A stretch of 51,388 nt of DNA from the NCBI RefSeq assembly GCF_001194135.2, contig NC_069000.1:513863-565250 (forward strand), given 5' to 3'. The notes beneath the pieces were generated by a model that was not told where the DNA came from, did no database searches, and saw only the letters and a program-made list of their open reading frames with translations. The translations under genes and the position numbers were made by a program. The stretch comes from Octopus bimaculoides (taxonomy: Eukaryota). Shown here one piece after another: positions 12,401 through 47,934 of this stretch (the first letter of the stretch is position 1; each line of letters opens with the position of its first letter).

Positions 12401-12917
12401 CTTCATTCACCTAATATTAGTCTTTATTCATTAACCTAGAGATAGATGGGACTCTGCTAAGCAGATTTCACCAATGGTATTCTACATGTCTTTTAGTATT
12501 CCTACCCTGCAAATTCCTGGCTTTGTGCCAAAATTGGAAACTTGTCATTATTATTATTATTATAAATGGCAGAATCGTTAGCACGCTGGGCAAAATACAT
12601 AGCAATATTTCATTTGTCACTACGTTCTGAGTTCAAATTCTGCCGAGGTCAACTTTGCCTTTCATCCTTTCGGGATTGATGAAATAAGTACCAGTTATAT
12701 ACTGGGGCCAATGTAATCAACTAGCCCACTTCCCCAAAGTTCCAAGCCTTATGCCTATGGTAGAAAGGATTATGATTATTATTATTATTATTCTTTTACT
12801 GAGAATTATGACCTTCTAATGCAGTTGTTGTTGTTGTTGCACAGAGTGAGCAACATCCTGAAGGGATCCACAGCCACAGGCAGTCGGGAATGCGTCTTCT
12901 TCTACCAGAGAAAGTGA
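4236..12917 (+). CDS. USP2/USP21-like ubiquitin carboxyl-terminal hydrolase (peptidase C19), spliced; catalytic domain complete, first coding exon unresolved
   Basis: join(4236-4292,5661-5790,6451-6556,6969-7055,7666-7718,8303-8406,8654-8716,9513-9591,10919-11008,11918-12050,12845-12917) = 975 nt, open and phase-consistent. Contains the Cys box GLQNLGNTCFMNSILQCL, QEDAHEF, zinc-finger CLEC...CKKC, LPEVLVL, the His box HAGDCATSGHYWAEC...WNKYNDT and C-terminal VFFYQRK*. Exon boundaries match the USP2 layout as I recall it. Confidence 0.93.
5085..5470 (-). mobile_element. second copy of the CR1/L2-like 3' end, in a USP intron
   Basis: 5101-5312 aligns by eye as the reverse complement of 36349-36565 at high identity. 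Confidence 0.65.
5661..5790 (+). CDS. USP exon CFMNSILQCLNKSPLLLNYIISDHYKLDIAKPGAARFEGNFLR
   Basis: ttttag| acceptor, |gtacat donor; carries the catalytic Cys; missed by the ORF track in this frame. Confidence 0.95.
6019..6208 (+). repeat. representative of an abundant ~200 bp dispersed repeat (family E)
   Basis: Motif TTGACCTGCTAGAAATAGCAGCCAAATCTCCCTC...GGATGGTCACAGCTGGAxxGCCTTTGATCA...GACCTGGGGCTAAACAACAAC recurs at ~893-1062(+), 19105-19280(-), 25765-25965(-), 31150-31325(+), 34755-34950(-), 42920-43130(+), 45065-45240(+) and in fragments. Confidence 0.75.
6451..6556 (+). CDS. USP exon (A)FSEVMKKLWTSRMEVTPAVFRSSIKKLNSIYQGF(G)
   Basis: ttttcag| acceptor, |gtaagt donor, phase 1/2. Confidence 0.93.
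6969..7055 (+). CDS. USP exon QEDAHEFYNHLINGLHEELDTTKKSGPK
   Basis: aatag| acceptor, |gtaccc donor, phase 2/2; QQDAxEF-type motif. Confidence 0.92.
7666..7718 (+). CDS. USP exon INHASWYDFCKGDTKIT
   Basis: ttccag| acceptor, |gtaacc donor, phase 2/1; matches the W..Y....S.I segment. Confidence 0.88.
8303..8406 (+). CDS. USP exon (D)IFAMQMKHNYECLECYSKSTEYHTSFDMSLPMKK
   Basis: ttgcag| acceptor, |gtaggc donor; CxxC and DxSLP motifs. Confidence 0.93.
8654..8716 (+). CDS. USP exon AFRTVNMEDIIEDFIESTSNN
   Basis: tttcag| acceptor, |gtaagt donor, phase 0/0. Confidence 0.85.
9251..9491. repeat. compound microsatellite (TC)n(TA)n-gap-(TA)n(CA)n
   Basis: Seen directly; gap 9296-9426; ends ~20 nt before USP exon 9513. 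Confidence 0.95.
9513..9591 (+). CDS. USP exon MCKKCSKLTLHNCKKEFVHLPEVLVL
   Basis: ttccag| acceptor, |gtatccttt donor (U12-type); second CxxC and LPxVL. Confidence 0.92.
9592..10918 (+). other. U12-type (minor spliceosome) GT-AG intron
   Basis: 5' site GTATCCTTT (9592-9600); branch site CCTTGAC (10900-10906) with its A 13 nt upstream of the intron end; short pyrimidine tract; this junction is required for frame continuity. Confidence 0.85.
10919..11008 (+). CDS. USP exon (Y)FQRAEKLGKLKTEMQYPVENLNFTKYAIK
   Basis: ctttag| acceptor, |gtaagc donor; only this frame is open and it matches KL...V.FP...LDL..Y. Confidence 0.9.
11918..12050 (+). CDS. USP exon (G)NPKLATYTLYAICLHAGDCATSGHYWAECRHPKTSEWNKYNDT (His box)
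   Basis: ttcag| acceptor, |gtaagt donor; catalytic His (GHY) and ND. Confidence 0.95.
12567..12792 (+). mobile_element. tRNA-derived SINE (family A, Deu/Nin-like central domain), (ATT)n tail
   Basis: TGGCAGAATCGTTAGCAC...GAGTTCAAATTCTGCCGAGGTCAACTTTGCCTTTCATCCTTTCGGG...AAGTACCAG; B-box-like GAGTTCAAATT; other copies in the window. Confidence 0.8.
12845..12917 (+). CDS. USP terminal exon (R)VSNILKGSTATGSRECVFFYQRK*
   Basis: gcacag| acceptor, phase 2; ends in an AYLLFY-equivalent motif then TGA. Confidence 0.88.
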
Positions 12918-13182
12918 ATCCTCATCGTGCCGCCACCATTCAGCCGGCATCACTGAACATGAGAAAGCAGCCGACAAGCCGCAGATTCCAGGCTGCACAA
13001 CCAACCAAACCAAACCCATTCTGCTATTGACTTGTGCCAATGGACCGGTGCCTTTTTCTCTAAATAATTTCTTCAAACACATAAAAGAACATTTTTTATT
13101 TGACAAGCTTTTATGTTTGTTTATTTTCCTTTTTTTTTTTCGTTTCTTTCTACCCCCTCCCCTTTTTTCTATCCCCCCTTCC

Positions 13183-13213
<31 letters not shown>

Positions 13214-13759
13214 CAGCCTCCATCTTATAAACTTAATGCAACGATTATCCTGTCAACGATTTACATTATCAAGCATTATATCTATATCTATATCTATATA
13301 GATATACATATGTGTATGTGTTTTTTTGTTTTTTTACATTTTTAGTATTTAAATTAATATTTAATTTAATTTAATTTCTTTTTCATTTTCATTTGAAATA
13401 ACAAGAGACAAAATAAAAATAAATAAATAAATATATGAAAAGAAGAAACAAATGATAAAAAGAAACCAAAACAAATCAGAAAAAATAGTTTTGTTTTCAT
13501 AATAAAAGCCAAGGAGATAATGATGATGATGATGATGATGATGATCGTCCTTTAATGTTCGTTTTCCCTGCTGGCATGGGTTGGACAGATATACAGCAGT
13601 CCTCCGTCTACCAAACCTGCTCACAAGGCTTCGTTGGTTTGAGACGATGGGAGAAGACACTTGGCCCACAAAAGCTTTGTCAGTGGATTTTGCCAGACAG
13701 AAACTGAAAGAAGCTTGTTGCGTGTGTTTGTACACACACACACACACACATATTTAGGT

Positions 13760-14095
13760 AGGCACATGGCTGTGTTTAGAGCATTGGGTTTGCAATCATG
13801 AGATTGCAAGTTCAGTTCCCAGACCGGGCTGTGTGTTGTGTTCTTGAGCAAGACACTTTATTCCACATTGCTCCAGTTCACTTGTCTGCAGAAATGAGTT
13901 GTGACGTCACTGGGGCCAAGTTCTGTCGGCCTTTGTTGCTTCCCTTGCGACAACACCAGTGGCATGTAGAGGGCAGGCTGGTATGCTTGGGCAACTGCTG
14001 GTCTTCCACAAACAACCTTGTCCAGACTTGTGCCCTAGAGGGGAACTTTCTAGGTGCAATCCCATGGTCATTCAAGACTGACGGAGGGTGGGGTG
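13760..14095 (+). mobile_element. tRNA-headed SINE (family B, V/Meta-like TTGAGCAAGACACTT core)
   Basis: tRNA-like head then TGTGTTGTGTTCTTGAGCAAGACACTTT; related minus copy at 40925-41125. Confidence 0.6.
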
Positions 14096-15392
14096 GGGCT
14101 GTCTCTACTCCATGTATATACGCACACACACACTTATTCATTTACTTAATTCCTCATGATTAAAGTGAAATGATGAAAGGAAATTCCTGCAGTATAAGCT
14201 ATGTGTGTAAGTATGGAAACATTTTGGGGTTTTATTGTTTCATTTCGCTTTGAGGTTCAAATAAGTACACACACACACACACACCACAGAAAAGACTGCT
14301 CCAAGATAAGTATAAACAACACCTCCACCATGGAATACATTCAGAGCAGAAGGAGGATTGGTGAAATATTCCCATCAAAACTTCAATCAAATGCAAACAT
14401 AACAGACCCAACATAATTATTTGGGACAGAAAAGAAATGTCCTGTACAGCCATGGAGGCTGGTTGCCCTGCAGAGGTGAATATCTCTGCCAATATTTTAG
14501 TGGAAAGGAGAAACTTTATGGACAACTGTTTGAAAGTTGTAGCTCTTCTACCCAGATTATAAATTTGCATTTATACCAGTAATTAATGAGGCAAAAACGC
14601 AAAGGATTTTCAATAAAGACAGACACCAGTTAACACAGACTTTACAGAAATGATCTCTAAGTGGAACCGTAAAAATATCTCAAAGTTCAATATGCAACAC
14701 TTACCATTATTGTTATCCAAATTGCAGTGTTGGAGCTTTTGTTTGTCCAGAATTGGAATCTACTTTTCTCTGTCCCCCCCCCTCTCTCTTTCATGCTCCC
14801 CCTTCTTTCTCCCTCTCTGTCCTTCTCTCTTTCATGCCCTCTCCCCATCTCTCTCTCTGTCCCCATCTCTCTCTCTCTCTCTGGGCTGTATTTGTAATTC
14901 AAAGGACCAGCTTTCTCTCATGGCATCACTCTGAGTCTGTCTCAGTAATAATGGTACATGTGCCTGTGGAATACCCAGCCTATTTCAAAAGTGGGGAATC
15001 GGTTAAACAGCTGAATGCTCATTACTGAGACTGATTGAAAATCCAGTGGAGAAGACATTGCAAGTGAGAGGTGTCAACGGTCTCCAACAAACAACAATAA
15101 CAACAAGACTTTATGATTCAGTGACAGAGATTCTTCCTTGTTACTTGACCTGATAGAAATGGCAACCAATTCCGTATCTGTCCCTTCTCGAATCATACCC
15201 GACACCATCTTAAAGACGAAGGACACATTAGACAATGTCATCTAGGCATAGAAAAATACTGGATGCTTCCAGCTGGAAACCCATTAATTAAAAGGGATTG
15301 TCATCAAAACTGGGGCCAAATAATAATGGTGACAGGGAGGGGCAAGGTAAGTATTGTGGGGACAGCAGGTCATTTGTTGTAATTATTATTTG

Positions 15393-15590
15393 TTATTTCT
15401 TTATTGCCCACAAGGGGCTACACACAGAGGGGACAATCAAGTACAGACAATGGGATTAAGTCAATTACATCGACCCCCAGTGCGTAACTGGTACTTATTT
15501 AATTGACCCTGAGAGGATGAAAGGCAAAGTCGACCTCAGCGGAATTTGAACTCAGAACATAGCGGCAGACGAAATACCGCTAAGCATTTG
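15393..15590 (-). mobile_element. SINE family A copy
   Basis: Reverse complement of the 12567 family core (GAAAGGCAAAGTCGACCTCAGCGGAATTTGAACTCAGAAC). Confidence 0.8.
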
Positions 15591-16330
15591 TTTCTACTTT
15601 TCTGTTCAACTACACTGGCTTTGTTTCAATTAATTTTGAAATTAATGAAGAATTTAATTAAATAACCTTTGTCCTTATCAATGTTTTGTTTGGAATGTAA
15701 ATCATTTCAAATTTCGACATAAAGCCACCAGTCGATATTAGGGGGAAGGGAGCCAGTCAATTACATAGACCCCAGCACATGACTGGTATCTTATTTTATA
15801 TAAAGGCAAAATCAACCTAGGTAGGATTTGAATTTGGAACACAAAAATGGACAAAATATTTCCAAGCATTTTCCCAGCTCAGCATCTGTGATTGGGATAC
15901 AAATAAACAGTGAAAGGTTTTATTATAACACAGAGTTTGTATGAGAGAACCAGGGTCAGCTTCAGGTAAGTTGAGAGCAAAAAGGGTTCGCCTTTTAAAA
16001 GAAATATATAAGGATTCAATATAGAACCACCAATCGGTCACCCATCATTGCTAAAAATAGCAACTTAATCACTCCTGATTATTTTTAAAAAGGAAAGACA
16101 TTGGATATTTCACTCCTTGATACATTATGCCCACAAAATCTAACAAGATAGTCATGGCTGAAATGTCTTTGATCATGTGTGCATCAGAGAACCAGGTTGA
16201 GGCTAAACGACAAATATAAGGGATGAGACAATGAGAGAGCTTGCATGTGTGTATGTATATGTGTATGTGTGGATATATGTGTGTGTATGTATGTTGATAT
16301 ACGTATGTAAGTATGTATGTTTATATAAAT

Positions 16331-16500
16331 AGGGAGAATTCACAAAAGACGAAGACAGGCGGTGTAGACAACAAAAAGATGTATTAGTTTAACATTCAGG
16401 AAGTGTAAAAGTCTTTAACGTTTCGAGCCTACGCTCTTCCACAGAAAGGAACAAGGAGAGAAAATAAAGAATATGTAGTGGCTAGCGATCTATCATGGTG
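16331..16500 (+). repeat. dispersed repeat with ACGTTTCG motif, possibly Penelope-derived
   Basis: TTTAACGTTTCGAGCCTACGCTCTTCC resembles terminal motifs of GIY-YIG retroelements; family assignment from memory only. Confidence 0.3.
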
Positions 16501-16860
16501 AATGATAGATGTATATATATATATATGATATATATGTATGTATGATATATATATATATATATATGATATAAGATATATATGTATGTGTGTATGTGTGCGT
16601 AGTTTATAAAAAAATATCATGAAGGTCACATTGGAAAATGTAGTCCAAGATACATATAAATGAAAAGAAAAAACCAGAGAGGTCAGAACTGGAATGCCTT
16701 GTGGTAATAAACCAGCTTAATCCAGATTGGTCAGACCAGAAACAACAACAACACGACTCTATCTAACCCAAGGTGGTCCTTGTTTCGTTCCCTGCCAGAA
16801 TTTATAAAAAAAAAACAACTTACCATCTATCCCTACCCCCGTCCTACCCTGCTACAGACA

Positions 16861-16894
16861 GTTGCCCATAGCAACAAGCCGTTGTGATGGCAAC
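16861..16894. promoter_or_regulatory. tandem RFX X-box-like motifs
   Basis: GTTGCCCATAGCAAC (16861-16875) and GTTGTGATGGCAAC (16881-16894; reverse GTTGCCATCACAAC). Confidence 0.5.
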
Positions 16895-17039
16895 AGCGAT
16901 TGCTTAAGAAAATATAGAAAAGTCAAAATATCTGATATTTTACAGTTGAAGTGTATCAGATTCTTTGAGCGAAACTGAAAACATCCATCAGGCAAAATAT
17001 TTAATTAGTTTTGAAATATTTACCCCACTAACCTCACAC

Positions 17040-17720
17040 TTTCAGTTCCTGCGCGTGCGCACGTGCATGAACACGCACGCACGGCATACATACGTAGTAA
17101 AAGTGGCTTATTCGCAATTTACAACCAAAAGACAGAAATACAGACGTCAGAGTTGTTTTGACTCTCATTTTTAGCATTACTGATGCTGACTAGTGCCCTT
17201 AGCCACTTTAGACAAATAGATAGATTGGTAGACAGATAGATAGAGAGAGAGAGAGAGAGACATAGAGACAGACAGATAGAGATATCCATGAATGCATTAT
17301 TTAAGCCAGAGTGATTTTTCCCCCCCTCCCCCATGCGACTTGAAGTTCCGGAGGCTTGTTGCAGAAACGTAACTCGTGAGGCTCAGATAGCTCAGGGTTA
17401 CATAATCAGTCCGTTACCCAACATCCTGTTGACCCCCTCCCCCACTGCCAAACTGATTGGTAAAATCGACCGTAATCGATATATAACAGTGTAGCCTTCG
17501 ATCGATACTTACGTGTGTTTGATAAGAGTAGGGGTTAATGTAGTAAATACAACCAGTAGTGTAGGTGGGGGCGGGGTACGGGCGGCGCTTTTAAAGGGAC
17601 ACCACTTCTGGGTCTGCTGTAGGTAGCGTGTGTTTTTTGTGGGGTCTGGGAGCAGCAAACGGAAGGGCCGCTCAGGGCGGCACACACTCTAGCTACGCTA
17701 GTGAATACAGCATTTCTGTC
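17040..17720. promoter_or_regulatory. CpG-rich promoter-like island
   Basis: TGCGCGTGCGCA (NRF1-like, 17050-17061), CACGTG, reverse CCAAT (~17452-17460), ATCGATA x2, GC box GGGGCGGGG (17568-17576); visibly CpG-dense. Confidence 0.45.
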
Positions 17721-18391
17721 AAATGGCCATGGTTGGACCTTCAAGCACAGATGACATGATCCAGCCCGAGCAGACTCTATTACTCAACCAATTCTTATTT
17801 TATCAATCCTCATAAGACGAAAGCCAAAGTCATGTGACCCAAACCCCTCAAAAAAAAAAGGGAAGGAAGGATACATTAGTAATGGTTGGAATGTCTTTGG
17901 ATATCGTTCTGCTCAATCAGGACAGACCTAGGGCTAAACAACAACAGCAGCAATTACTTCATCTGAAACATAAACATCATTTGATATAACCCCCCACCCA
18001 CCCCACATACACACTCTCTCTCTGCCAAACAGCTGAAGGAATCCATGAAACATGAAGGAATTTTTTCCCTGGGTCCTTTGAATCGTTATAACATTAGGCA
18101 AGACGCCAAACATAATCTTCCTGGTTCCATATATATTTCAGCTTTCATCTTTTCGGAGTCGATCAAATGAGTACCAGTTGAATACTAGGGTTGATGTAAC
18201 TTCTCCCCCGAAATTGCCGGTCTTATACCAACATTTGAAACCATTATTATTCCAGTTTTCCTTCGGTTTATACTGATAAAATATAAGTATAAATACTGAC
18301 CCTTTTTCGCCCTGTCCAATGGGTACTCGCCCAACCCTACTTTTATTTTCAAAAGTTTTCCCAAATTTCTTTTGCAGGGTTAAGTTTACAG

Positions 18392-18718
18392 CATAGGTTC
18401 TCAAAGTGGGCGCTACCGCCTCATCCCCCCCCCCGGTGGGCGTTGAGAGGGTCCAAGTGAGCGCTGGTGTCTAAGGGGGCAGCAGAGAAAAGGGAGGCAT
18501 TGGAAGGAAGGTAGTGGATTGGGGGACGCTATGTATTTATCGTAATATTATTATAGTATTGTATACTAATTATCTAATATTATATTAAATATCAAATGAT
18601 TCATAGTATATATAAATTAGTAAAATATAAAATATTTATTCATAAAAATAGGGGTGGGGTGCTGAGTGTATGATGTGGCCATTAGGGAGCGATGGCCCAA
18701 AAGGTTTGAGAACCTCTG
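18392..18718. mobile_element. hAT (Charlie/Buster-like) MITE, 327 bp
   Basis: TIRs CATAGGTTCTCAAA / TTTGAGAACCTCTG (13/14 match); perfect 8-bp TSD GTTTACAG at 18384-18391 and 18719-18726. Confidence 0.88.
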
Positions 18719-20044
18719 GTTTACAGTAACAACATTTTACGATTTTGTTAAAAACAAAAAAGAGAAAGTCTTTAATTCCACCTTCACCAAATTTGCTTTT
18801 AACTTCTTTCGAAACTTTTCTAAGAATTCTCTGACAGACACGAAGATTACGAGTTCGAGTGTTTTTACCAAAATTTCAGCTATTTTAATGCTAATTGCTT
18901 GCAATAATTTTCCCAATACAGTATATACATATGAGAAGGTCCTAAATTTTAGGGGAAGATATAGGCGACCAAATCATCCCAAGGATTTGTTTGGGACTTT
19001 ATTTTATCGATCCCAAAAAGACTGCAAAGTAAATCTCGAACAGATTAAATTATATCCTAGTCTTTGAAGAAAAAAGATAGAGGAGGTAAAAAAAAAAAAT
19101 ACAATTTGTTGTTTAGGGCCAGGTCAGATCTCATCGAGAAAACCCTCTCCAGCCGTGACCGTTTCGTCTATATGAGGGACTTCATTGTCTAATGTGACTT
19201 TACCCCACCACTCTTTTTGAAAACTACGGAAGCATGAGGAAGGTTATGCTGTTATTTCTAACAGGTCGAACGGCTGCATAAATGCTCCCATATTAGTTGA
19301 GTAAAATGAGTTCTATTTTCACCGAGCAAACGTATGAGATCAGAAGCATTCCGTCTCTAGAATTACATTATCGTCTATCACATTTCCATTCACGTCTAGA
19401 ATGCCTAATCTAATTTTGAGGGAGATTTGGCTGCTGTTTTTAGTAGGTCGAATGACCACATAGAGGATTCCTCCCTGGCTCGATAAATGAGTTGCTGCGA
19501 ATATGATAAAAATAAACAATAAAAGAGAGAGTGTGTCATTTTTGAGGAGGAGAGAAAGGGAAAAAAAAGGTTCGTTCCCAGATTATTTTCAATTGGTTTA
19601 CTTCGTTACCAAAATTGCAAAGTATATTAAAAAACAAAGCAGAGAATAAAAAATCATTTAGGGTCGACGACAAACGACCAGCAGAGCGTCACATGCCTCA
19701 CGAAAATATTTATTCATGATTAAAATAACGGTTTCTGATTTAGGAACAAGATTAGTAATTTTCTTTTAAAGAGTGAGGAAGGATAGTCAATCCCTCGTGG
19801 GGTACATTAGTATTTGGACGTCGGTAGGACGAGAAATTCGAACGAATGCAGTAAAGCAGTTTTCGCTGCTGCTCTAACGATTCTGTCAGCTCACCAGCTG
19901 TTTTTTTTTTTTTTTTTCGTGATTAGAATAACAACAATTATAAATAAATAATGTTTGATAGAGAGAGTGAACTCGTGATCTCCAGATAATCATTGGGAAT
20001 TACAAATAAATAAAGAAAAAGGCAAGTGCGCGGTTTTGAGCAAA

Positions 20045-20072
20045 TCACGTGACAGCCAAGGTCACCAGGTCA
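20045..20072 (+). promoter_or_regulatory. GK proximal promoter module: palindromic E-box TCACGTGA(C) plus perfect DR2 AGGTCAccAGGTCA
   Basis: TCACGTGA at 20045-20052 and DR2 at 20059-20072, about 110-135 nt upstream of the GK ATG in CpG-retaining sequence. Confidence 0.6.
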
Positions 20073-20181
20073 GCACCGTGTGTGTGTGCGGTGTTGAGGC
20101 AAATAAACTGGTTCTGTGTGGGAGAGAGAGAGGTTTTAACCCTCACTTCTCTCTGTATTAAAAGACCATACAAACCCTCCC

Positions 20182-45528
<25,347 letters not shown>

Positions 45529-46964
45529 GTGAGTTGTTTTGATTTTGTTGTTTGTATTTTATATTTTAATTTCTTTTGTTTTGGAATGGATGCCTGGGTA
45601 TAACAATATTCAGAATAGAGCAGGGGACTGGAATAATTTAGGGAGCAACAGACACAATTTGTCTTCTGGTAGTTACACTGGGGTCAGTGTAATTTATTAG
45701 GCACAGCCCCTCAAATTTAAGGGGAAAATGTTAATGTTAGAAGGAGAGTAAATTTTAGATTAAAAAAACTCTGCCAGATCAGATTGGAGCCTGGTGCAGC
45801 CTGCTGGCTTGCCAGTCCGCAGTCAAATTGTCCAACCCATGCTAGCATGGAAAGCAAACGTTAAACGATGATGAGGATGATTATCTAAATTTTGAAAAAT
45901 AAAAGTATAAAAAAAAAAAACTGCATTTTTTCATGGGATGAGACAATAAATGCAGTGAAATTGTTATCTCCTGAAAGTAAATCAGTTAGTAGTTCTGAAG
46001 TTACATGTGACGAAGAAGCTGAGTCAGCAATGCAGGTTCAATTCCCTTTGAAACCCCTTTTACAGCACTTTGTGTATCTGTAAATTTTGATGGGTTTATA
46101 TCAGGAAGGAGCAGCGTCCTTGACCTTCACAAACTGGTGACCTTGGTGTTATTCAGTTTGGACTTGAACCAGTCAACATCTATGAAAAAGAAAGGGAATT
46201 GAAAAGGGTCAGAGCAGGGAGTGTGCAGCTAGGGGACAGGAGGAAGGGAGAAGGGAATGTCATATTGTGGTGGGTGGAGGAGGGGGTCAGTGTAGGTGAA
46301 TTAGAAGATATTTTCAGGATGTTTTCATTATCTGGAAAACATTGGTTTCTAACCTTGGCACGAGGCCACAAAAGTGGGGGCGAGGGGTGTTGTTGGTTTA
46401 AATCATCCACAGCTTGTCACTGGTACATTATTTTAACCCAACCTCCTTCCCCCAGAAGGATTAAAGATAAGGTTAATCTCAGTGAAATTTGAACATCTAA
46501 AAATATCATCAGCAGCAGCAGTAGCAATGTGGGGTTTTGTATTTGGTTTGAAATAAAGACAGAATCACTTCCAGAGGTTTTCTCCTTTAAAATATTAGAA
46601 AAGTGTTCGCATGGGTAAGAAGGGGTTGACAGAGTTTACAAAGAGAAAAGATTGTAAGGTGTTTTGCTTTTGTTGTACTGATTGTTGTTGTAGTCGTAGT
46701 CTATGTAGCATTTAAACAGACTTAATGGCATGGAACTTGTCTGGTTGAAACCATCCATCCACTCCCTCCTGCAACTCTGATTCCTCCCTTCAAAATATAT
46801 GGCCCCTATTTATCAGTTTTTTTCCCCCTTTTGGCTGCTCTAATGAGCAGATTAAGCAACCATTTATAAAATTGTTTCAGTCATAATTTTTCCAAATAAA
46901 ACCACTGCTTCTTCCACTTCCTTGTATTGTCCCCATAAAAGAGCTTCTCACAGACTTTCTTTGC

Positions 46965-47110
46965 CCCATTTTAGGCCTGGAAACAAATTCCTCATTGAAG
47001 TTGTGACTAAATCTGATAGCAAATGTCTTTTAAGCCATCCATTTCCAACCAGTTTTCTTGGCAATCATCAGATTACAGAACATGGTGTCTTGTCAAGATT
47101 CTTTTCCAAT
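46965..47110 (-). mobile_element. possible very old RTE RT remnant
   Basis: Minus-strand EKNLDKTPCSVI*.LPRKLVGNGWL resembles EKAFDRVPRxxIWWxxRKLGxxEWL. Confidence 0.4.
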
Positions 47111-47114
47111 TAAT

Positions 47115-47365
47115 GCTAGTGTAGTATCTGGTGTGTTGGGCAAGTATTTTCTACTATAACCCCGAGTTGGTCAAAGCCTTGTGAGTGAATGTGGTAGATA
47201 GAAACTAAAAGAAGCCTGCTGTGCATGTGTCCTGGAAGTGGTATCTATTTCCAATTTCCATGAAAGTATGTCCGGCCATAGACAATTGACTTTAGAAAAC
47301 CTGCCTCAATGAGTTCCATCTAACCCATACAAACATGGAAAAAGTGGAAGTTAAAACAATGATGA
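47115..47365 (+). mobile_element. CORE-like SINE (family C) ending in an RTE-like tail
   Basis: TTGGGCAAGTATTTTCTACTATAACCC...CAAAGCCTTGTGAGTG...GAAACTAAAAGAAGCC then AACCCATACAAACATGGAAAAAGTGGAAGTTAAAACAATGATGA; similar copies at 23690-24030, 26715-26995, 13620-13735. Confidence 0.65.
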
Positions 47366-47934
47366 ACAATTTCTCTTGTATTTCTCACACCAGGTCCAGC
47401 AGTGCTTCCCCCACATTGTCACACAAAACTGCATTTCACTTCAGCTAATTTCCTTCTTAATTATGTTATAATTTTTTTTCTGCTGTTAACTAATCGTTTA
47501 CAATTAACTCTGTAATTATTACATCAGTCATGCTTCACCAGTTATTTCTAGCATCTCAGTCACTCTCCCTCATAATTTTGGCTACTTTTGTCATCTTGAT
47601 AATGGCTATTTCAACCTAATAACTCAATTTCTATAGTTGGCCCCTTTTTTGGTTTTCTTGGTGCAGGATCCACTTATCTCTCTCTCTCTGTTTATTCAGT
47701 AACCCCCCTCAAAGTAGTCTCTCCATGCCTCCTTTTCAACGTCGATGAGGGAAAGAGCATTTCTAGTGGTTTTTTTTCTTTCTTTGATTTAGAATCCCTC
47801 GTACAAATCCAGAACCCCTTATACATTCCATACCCCGCCCGCCCCCTTGTTTTCCAGGCTTCTCTGCCAAACTTGCAGTGCAGTCTTCCATTGCAGACCT
47901 GGTCTCTGGTTGGCTGCAGAGCATTCTTCTGCAA

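Noticed and set aside
12567-12650. tRNA-like A/B boxes
   Set aside because: Heads of SINE copies; no cloverleaf closure, followed by SINE body
14200-15970. Scattered + strand GTAAGT donors (15347, 15966) and 70-110 aa ORFs
   Set aside because: No phase-consistent exon chain or protein motif; frequency compatible with chance
17506-17516. ATACTTACGTG resembling the U1 snRNA 5' end
   Set aside because: No downstream U1 stem-loops or Sm site; better read as a minus-strand donor or chance
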